Positions 59,363 through 64,000 of a stretch of 64,000 bases of DNA are shown in pieces. The translations under genes and the position numbers were made by a program. Source of the DNA: Entomortierella parvispora E1425 (Eukaryota; Fungi; Mortierellomycota); the NCBI GenBank assembly GCA_020891255.1, contig BQFW01000004.1, positions 1,736,001 through 1,800,000 of the forward strand. Direction: 5' to 3'. Position 1 is the stretch's first letter. Each line of letters opens with the position of its first letter. A model generated the notes under the pieces. That model saw only the letters and a list, made by a program, of their open reading frames with translations. It was not told the DNA's origin and searched no databases.

Positions 59363-60259
59363 TCAGCACCAATCATCACAATCGTCGTCGCAGTCGTCGT
59401 CGCAGTCATCATCGCAGTTCTCGTCGAACCCATAGTCAAACCTGTCGCCACATCCGAACCCATGACGACCACGCTGACCGAAAGGAAACGCAGGGACAGA
59501 GACACCGACCGGAACTGGGTAGTTATATGGCTGGCTTACTGGAATAGGGACAGGCTGGTACGCATGAGGTTGAATCGACACAATAGGTTGAATGACTGTA
59601 TCTGTCGAGATGCCAGATGGAGTACCCACAATACTTGAAGGAGGTCCGCCAGGTCCACCAGGTCCACCAAATCCTCCAGGACCTCCAGCACCTCCGACAG
59701 CTGGAGCACCAACACCCAAAGGACCGCCTGCACCCAAAGGTCCACCAGGGCCAGCCACGATACCGCCACTCAAGGGACCAAGCTGACGCTTGTACAGTCC
59801 TCCAGCGGGAACAGCTATAACAGGGGCTGCAATCCCGCCAATGTCACCGGCATCAAACCCGGGTCCCCCCATGTACCCTCCGACCATTCCGCTGTATCCA
59901 CCAGGAAGTCCTCCTCCAAACGTCTGAAAGTCGCTCACGTCCGGGTCATAGAGCTGAATGGCTGGCTGGTAGACGACTTGAGGGAAAACACCCGTTACAG
60001 GAACGATATCTGTCTCGCTCCCAAGCTGCAGCGACTGCTGTGGAAGGGCCTGCGAGGACGTGATTGGAGTACCGCCCCCAGCAACATTCATTGCGGACAC
60101 GTCCCCAGGGTTAGCATCACTGGCGGTGGCGGGGCCGAGAACAGTAGAGTCTCCGGTGAGATCTTGGCGAGAGCTCAGATGCGTAGGCGATGGGACAGCG
60201 ACACAAAGGGCGACAAGGCTCAAGGCGACTGGGAGAGAGTAACCAAAAATGCGGGGCAT
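59363..60259 (-). CDS. Secreted Gly/Pro-rich protein with a Kex2-like site and a C-terminal (CDDD)n repeat, intronless
   Basis: Signal peptide; SSR|Q and YKR|Q sites; GGPGG/GPLG repeats; C-terminus ENCDDDCDDDCDDDCDDWC; TATATAAA on the - strand at 60339-60346. Confidence 0.8.
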   Translation of the reverse strand: MPRIFGYSLPVALSLVALCVAVPSPTHLSSRQDLTGDSTVLGPATASDANPGDVSAMNVAGGGTPITSSQALPQQSLQLGSETDIVPVTGVFPQVVYQPAIQLYDPDVSDFQTFGGGLPGGYSGMVGGYMGGPGFDAGDIGGIAAPVIAVPAGGLYKRQLGPLSGGIVAGPGGPLGAGGPLGVGAPAVGGAGGPGGFGGPGGPGGPPSSIVGTPSGISTDTVIQPIVSIQPHAYQPVPIPVSQPYNYPVPVGVSVPAFPFGQRGRHGFGCGDRFDYGFDENCDDDCDDDCDDDCDDWC

Positions 60260-60730
60260 ATTGCTCTTTTTTGTTCTGGGATCTAGGGGGGATTGCGAGG
60301 TCTTTGCAGGTGAGGGGAGCGAGGCTCAACCGTTGAGATTTATATACCTGAATTCATTTGGCCGTTTGATAAAATACCATTGACAGTTGATGAACGGGGC
60401 CGATAGAAACCGTTTGTGCGCAATCAACGCAAAACAGACACTGATAGAGTACCCGGTTGATGAAGCAATCAATCGAGTATCGGCATCTGAAGCCAGCGGG
60501 CTGATCCAGGGAAGCTGCACTGCTCCAGAATCCCAAATGGTGGTTACTTTTAAGACAAGCGCACTTTGTATTTTGTATTTTTGTTACATGCGTTCTATGA
60601 TCTGCCAGTGAGTCCATGTCATCCTAAGAGAAACACAGGCGAGGAATGATAACTTGGTGTGGGGAGGGTAAAGGGTAGGAAAGTCGTAGGTGGAGTAGAG
60701 AGAATAAGAGAGAATGAAGCAGCAACCGCT

Positions 60731-61727
60731 TTAAGCAGTCTTCATGTTGACCATGGTCCAGTAGGTACCTATCATTGTCATATCAACAAGATATAGCAGT
60801 TAGAACAATAATTCCACCCTTGAAAACATTCATTCAATGGAAAGAAAAAAAAAATTACCCTGCTCGACTGGGGGCTGGTCGGGGGACTTGACCCACTTGT
60901 AGTTGCGGATGACAGGAACGGGGGGCAAGTTGGTAGGGGTGTACAAGGGAGTCTTGGCACTCTTGAGAACCTCGGTCAACGAGACGTTGTCGCCAGCCTT
61001 GGCAATGGCAGACTCGCCGGAGCCGATACTATATCCAGTGGGTCCAGATTAAATAAAAAAAGTTGATCCTTCCGTGAGTATTCCTTTTCTTCTTTCTGTC
61101 TACATGTCCGTTTGTCCGTTTCATTCCTGCGTCTTCTCCGGCTATGGCTCGATCGCTCCTTTACGATGACCGAATCCTCCTGGAATAAAGAAAAGAAAAC
61201 TTACGCCAAAGCCTCCTTTCCAGCGATCAAACCAGCAACCTCCTCCTGGGAGTAAGTGGCCAAGCGAGGGTAGTTTCTCCTGAAATCACGTCCATAGTAA
61301 GGGTTCTGAGCAATGTCGTTGGCGAGGGGGTCCTTGGGGACAAAGGTCTTGGGCTGACCACTATTGATGTTCCGGAGTAAATATAAAAAATGTGAGTACA
61401 ATGACCGTGTGCCAGTCCAAAGCGCCATGTCGGCTCTGTCTCAAGGTAAGTGGGTCATACCCAGGGGCGACGAGACGGAAAGAGGAGGCATCGGGCATTC
61501 CGGTCGAGACCTTGGGGTTCTACAGGATGATCATGTCGATCCAGAGGATAACAAAGAAAGCGAAAAAAAAAGGATGCAAAGACGTGTCAGGAACGGAAGA
61601 GATCCGGGATGTCGCTGAGCCGTGTGTGGGGTAGTCTTCATGGTGAGCATTGAGCTGGCGAGAGGAAAGGGCGACGTACGACGGTGAGGGCCTTGCGGAC
61701 CGTGTTCCAGAAGGCGGATTTGGCCAT
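60731..61727 (-). CDS. Mitochondrial complex I accessory subunit, Neurospora 21.3 kDa(a) / NUZM-like; multi-exon
   Basis: Spliced translation MAKSAFWNTVRKALTVNPKVSTGMP..SFR...PG|SQPK...NDIAQNPYYGRDFRRNYPRL...Q..V.GL|...LPPVP...YKW...|GTYWTMVNM matches the family pattern W..IR..L.V.P..S.G.P / DIA.NPY..RD.RR.YP. Confidence 0.88.
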
Positions 61728-62263
61728 TGTGTCTGTTTGTGGAGGAGAGAAGGGAGGAGGGAAGTTCGGAGGGATGAGAGGCGATGATGCCGAAATGATG
61801 CATGCAGTGGGGGGCGATCCGCCGATTAAACTTATTTTGGGATCACCGAATTATTTATGATCGTATTTCTTGCATGATCGCGACTCTTCAATGTCTTTGG
61901 CTTTTGGACGCAGCGAGACAGAGAGCAGCTCTCCCTTGCTCACCTTCACACCCACCATGCAACTAACTGGAGCTCCTGATGCCTTCATCGTTCTGTCATT
62001 GACGCTTGACTACTGCAAGATTCTTTATTTATTGTCTTTCGTTTCGTCTTGTTCTCAAAATGTTGGCAATCAATCAATACACAAAATACAACGAACTCTC
62101 AAAACTGTAAAAAAACTGTAGAATAGAGAAACACACCTGTTAGAATTCAATGAATCCTTCCTTGCACCGTTACTACAGAGTCCGGTGCAGAAGGAACTGC
62201 CATCTTCAATCAAGTGGATGGTTCTTTCAAGTGCCCATTTTGCGGGTTAACTTTGACCACTAA

Positions 62264-62693
62264 ATCAAGAGGACCGAACTCCTAAGCATCAGGACGTCCC
62301 ACCACTATCATCGCCCGGAGCTTGTCACTGATTCCTCAAAGCCCCGTCATTCCCTCAAGTATCCCCGGAAATGCCCAAAGACATCTCCTATTGCTGTACC
62401 TATATTCTTTCACAGAACCTCAGGAATGGGAGTCAACTCTCGCTTGAAGGGTAACAGTCGAATGGGGGGTAACAAAATACCCGAAAGACACATGCAACAC
62501 GGACCAGTGGCCAAGACCAATGAAACACATGTCCACGCAAACGTGCCCGTTCTGCTATCACTTTATCAGACTAGTGAGAGCGCGGACCATCAGCGGCAAA
62601 ACCAAGCTTGCGCAAGTACATGGAGTTGTGTAATGTTTGAATCCTGATTGCACTTCGTACAGATGTAGCTACAGCCAACGAGGTCGTGACAAC
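62264..62693 (+). pseudogene. Decayed Fanzor/TnpB-like endonuclease fragment (RuvC-II Glu, zinc finger, RuvC-III RD); mobile-element relic
   Basis: Frame 2 reads ...PIFFHRTSGMGVNSRLKGNSRMGGNKIPERHMQHGPVAKTNE. After a +1 A at about 62525, frame 3 reads HMSTQTCPFCYHFIRLVRARTISGKTKLAQVHGVV*CLNPDCTSYRCSYSQRGRDN. The TAA at 62631-62633 is one change from GAA. Confidence 0.65.
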
Positions 62694-63251
62694 GACGAAG
62701 AAAAAGACTAAGGAAATGATGAAGTTCGGGAGATACAGCTCAATATGACTCTTTGTCATAAATGTTCATTTCTCTGGATCGATTTACAAGAGACTCTGAA
62801 CAAGAAGACAACGACTTGTGCACCAAGACTACAAGATCAAGATGCTAGTAGTGATTACAAGAAACCGCTGAACTGGGCTCGTAACTGAATGCGCTATCAG
62901 CATCCCTGACGGAGGGTCAACTTTCTGTGGCGACCAAATCGCAGTCGAGAAGGGCCCCGTCGCAGCTATCCCATATCGAAATAACCGAATGTAACATAGA
63001 TACTGGAAGTAGAATACTAACCCGGTGAGTTTATAATATAAGGGAGATGTGGGAGGAGACACCTGAGTAAAGAGGAGTGGAACGACGATGTATGTTGAGA
63101 ACAGTGAAGAATATCCCGCGTCCAGCACAAATTGTATCTAAATACGTCACCGTATTCCGCTGAATCGTGTTTATATCAATACCTTTTCAAGTTTTAGTGG
63201 CAACTTTTTTTTCCTTGCAACCTTCACCCAAGACCAGACAACATCACCCTC

Positions 63252-64000
63252 ATGGACAGCGACTCGGACTGCGATGCGGTCGCAATGAACATTCAAGGAG
63301 GAAATGCAAGCCAGGCGAGGACATTCTCGCTCGAAAACCTCCCGGCCGAGTTCGTCTCATTCCTCGCGAAGAACGAGATCGACCCGGCTATTTACACTGT
63401 GATAGACTTGCCGCGCTATGTGCGCCTGAACCCTGATCCACATCTGACCATCACCCCTCAGGAGTTGGAGAAGCAGCTGGGGACTAAAGTTGAACCTGTG
63501 CCAGGTCTGGAGGCATTTTGCAAACTGAGTGGATCCGTCAAGTTGAGAAACTGTCAAGCGTAAGTCGCCCTTGGCTGACACTACTCTGGACGATCGGACA
63601 AAGAGTATGTCTTTGTCACCACCAGACTAACAGGTCTTTTACAACACATGAATCTTAGTTACAAGGATGGAAGGATCTTTGGGATGGATCTCAGTTCAGG
63701 AATCGCTGTCTATGCTCTGGATGTGCAGCCCGGAGAGCATGTTCTGGACATTTGCTGTGCCCCAGGTAAGTTCAACGATTTGCTTCAGGATCGAAATCGC
63801 AACGAGGGATTCAAACTATTTACATATGTCTTTTCTTTTGATCTTATTTAGGTGCCAAGCTCTGCATGGTTGCTGGCTTGCTGACAAACTCTGGAAACGT
63901 CTGTTCGGATCGGTCGCGTGCCAGTAACCAGTTGCAGATGGATATCACAGGCACGGTCACTGGAGTCGACATTTCAGCTCATCGACTCTCGACCTGCCGC
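63252..64000 (+). CDS. NOL1/NOP2/Sun (RsmB/NSUN) family RNA m5C methyltransferase, 3' end truncated by the window
   Basis: LPRYVRLN, YK.GRIFGMD.SSG.AV.AL.V.PGE.VLDICCAPG|AKL (SAM-binding D.C.APG.K motif across an intron), followed by G.VTGVDIS.HRL. Confidence 0.85.

Noticed and set aside
59375-59420. 12-nt tandem repeat as a possible CRISPR-like or non-coding array
   Set aside because: It is in frame within a CDS and encodes (CDDD)n, with no spacers. It is covered under the protein finding.
62716-62799. ATGATGA...CTGA spacing reminiscent of a C/D-box snoRNA
   Set aside because: No terminal stem, no clear C'/D' boxes, and at most about 8 nt of recalled rRNA complementarity.

Overview
Gene-dense, intron-rich fungal genomic DNA. 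It most likely comes from an early-diverging fungus of the Mortierellaceae (inferred from GT-AG introns of about 70-150 nt, two RNI-like F-box/LRR genes, Rhizopus-type LDH and an MP88-like protein). About 24 protein-coding genes can be supported; two are cut by the window edges. Housekeeping genes: uL5m, SIN3, NAD(P)HX dehydratase, NADH-GOGAT (GLT1), Arp10, Dam1, MTHFR, xylose reductase, RPC25, CSA/ERCC8, complex I 21.3 kDa subunit and an NSUN methyltransferase. Accessory/secreted genes: a small Cys-rich protein, an MP88-like GPI protein, a PLB1-like SGNH lipase, an AA11 LPMO and a Gly/Pro-rich protein with a (CDDD)n tail. The most striking unannotated element is a decayed Fanzor/TnpB-like RuvC-zinc-finger relic at about 62264-62693. 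It is invisible in the ORF track because of a 1-nt frameshift and a nonsense codon. Other highlights: a cystathionine-beta-synthase paralogue with degenerate PLP/substrate loops and a probable GC-AG intron; an Mmc1-like dynamin pseudo-GTPase; a Dam1 with an SxIP motif and an extra C-terminal domain; an insertion-bearing L-LDH near an MCT-family transporter; and unusually long GLT1 introns rich in hairpins and GATA sites. No rRNA, tRNA or CRISPR array was found. Family assignments come from motif recognition by eye, not database searches, and exon boundaries were inferred manually.
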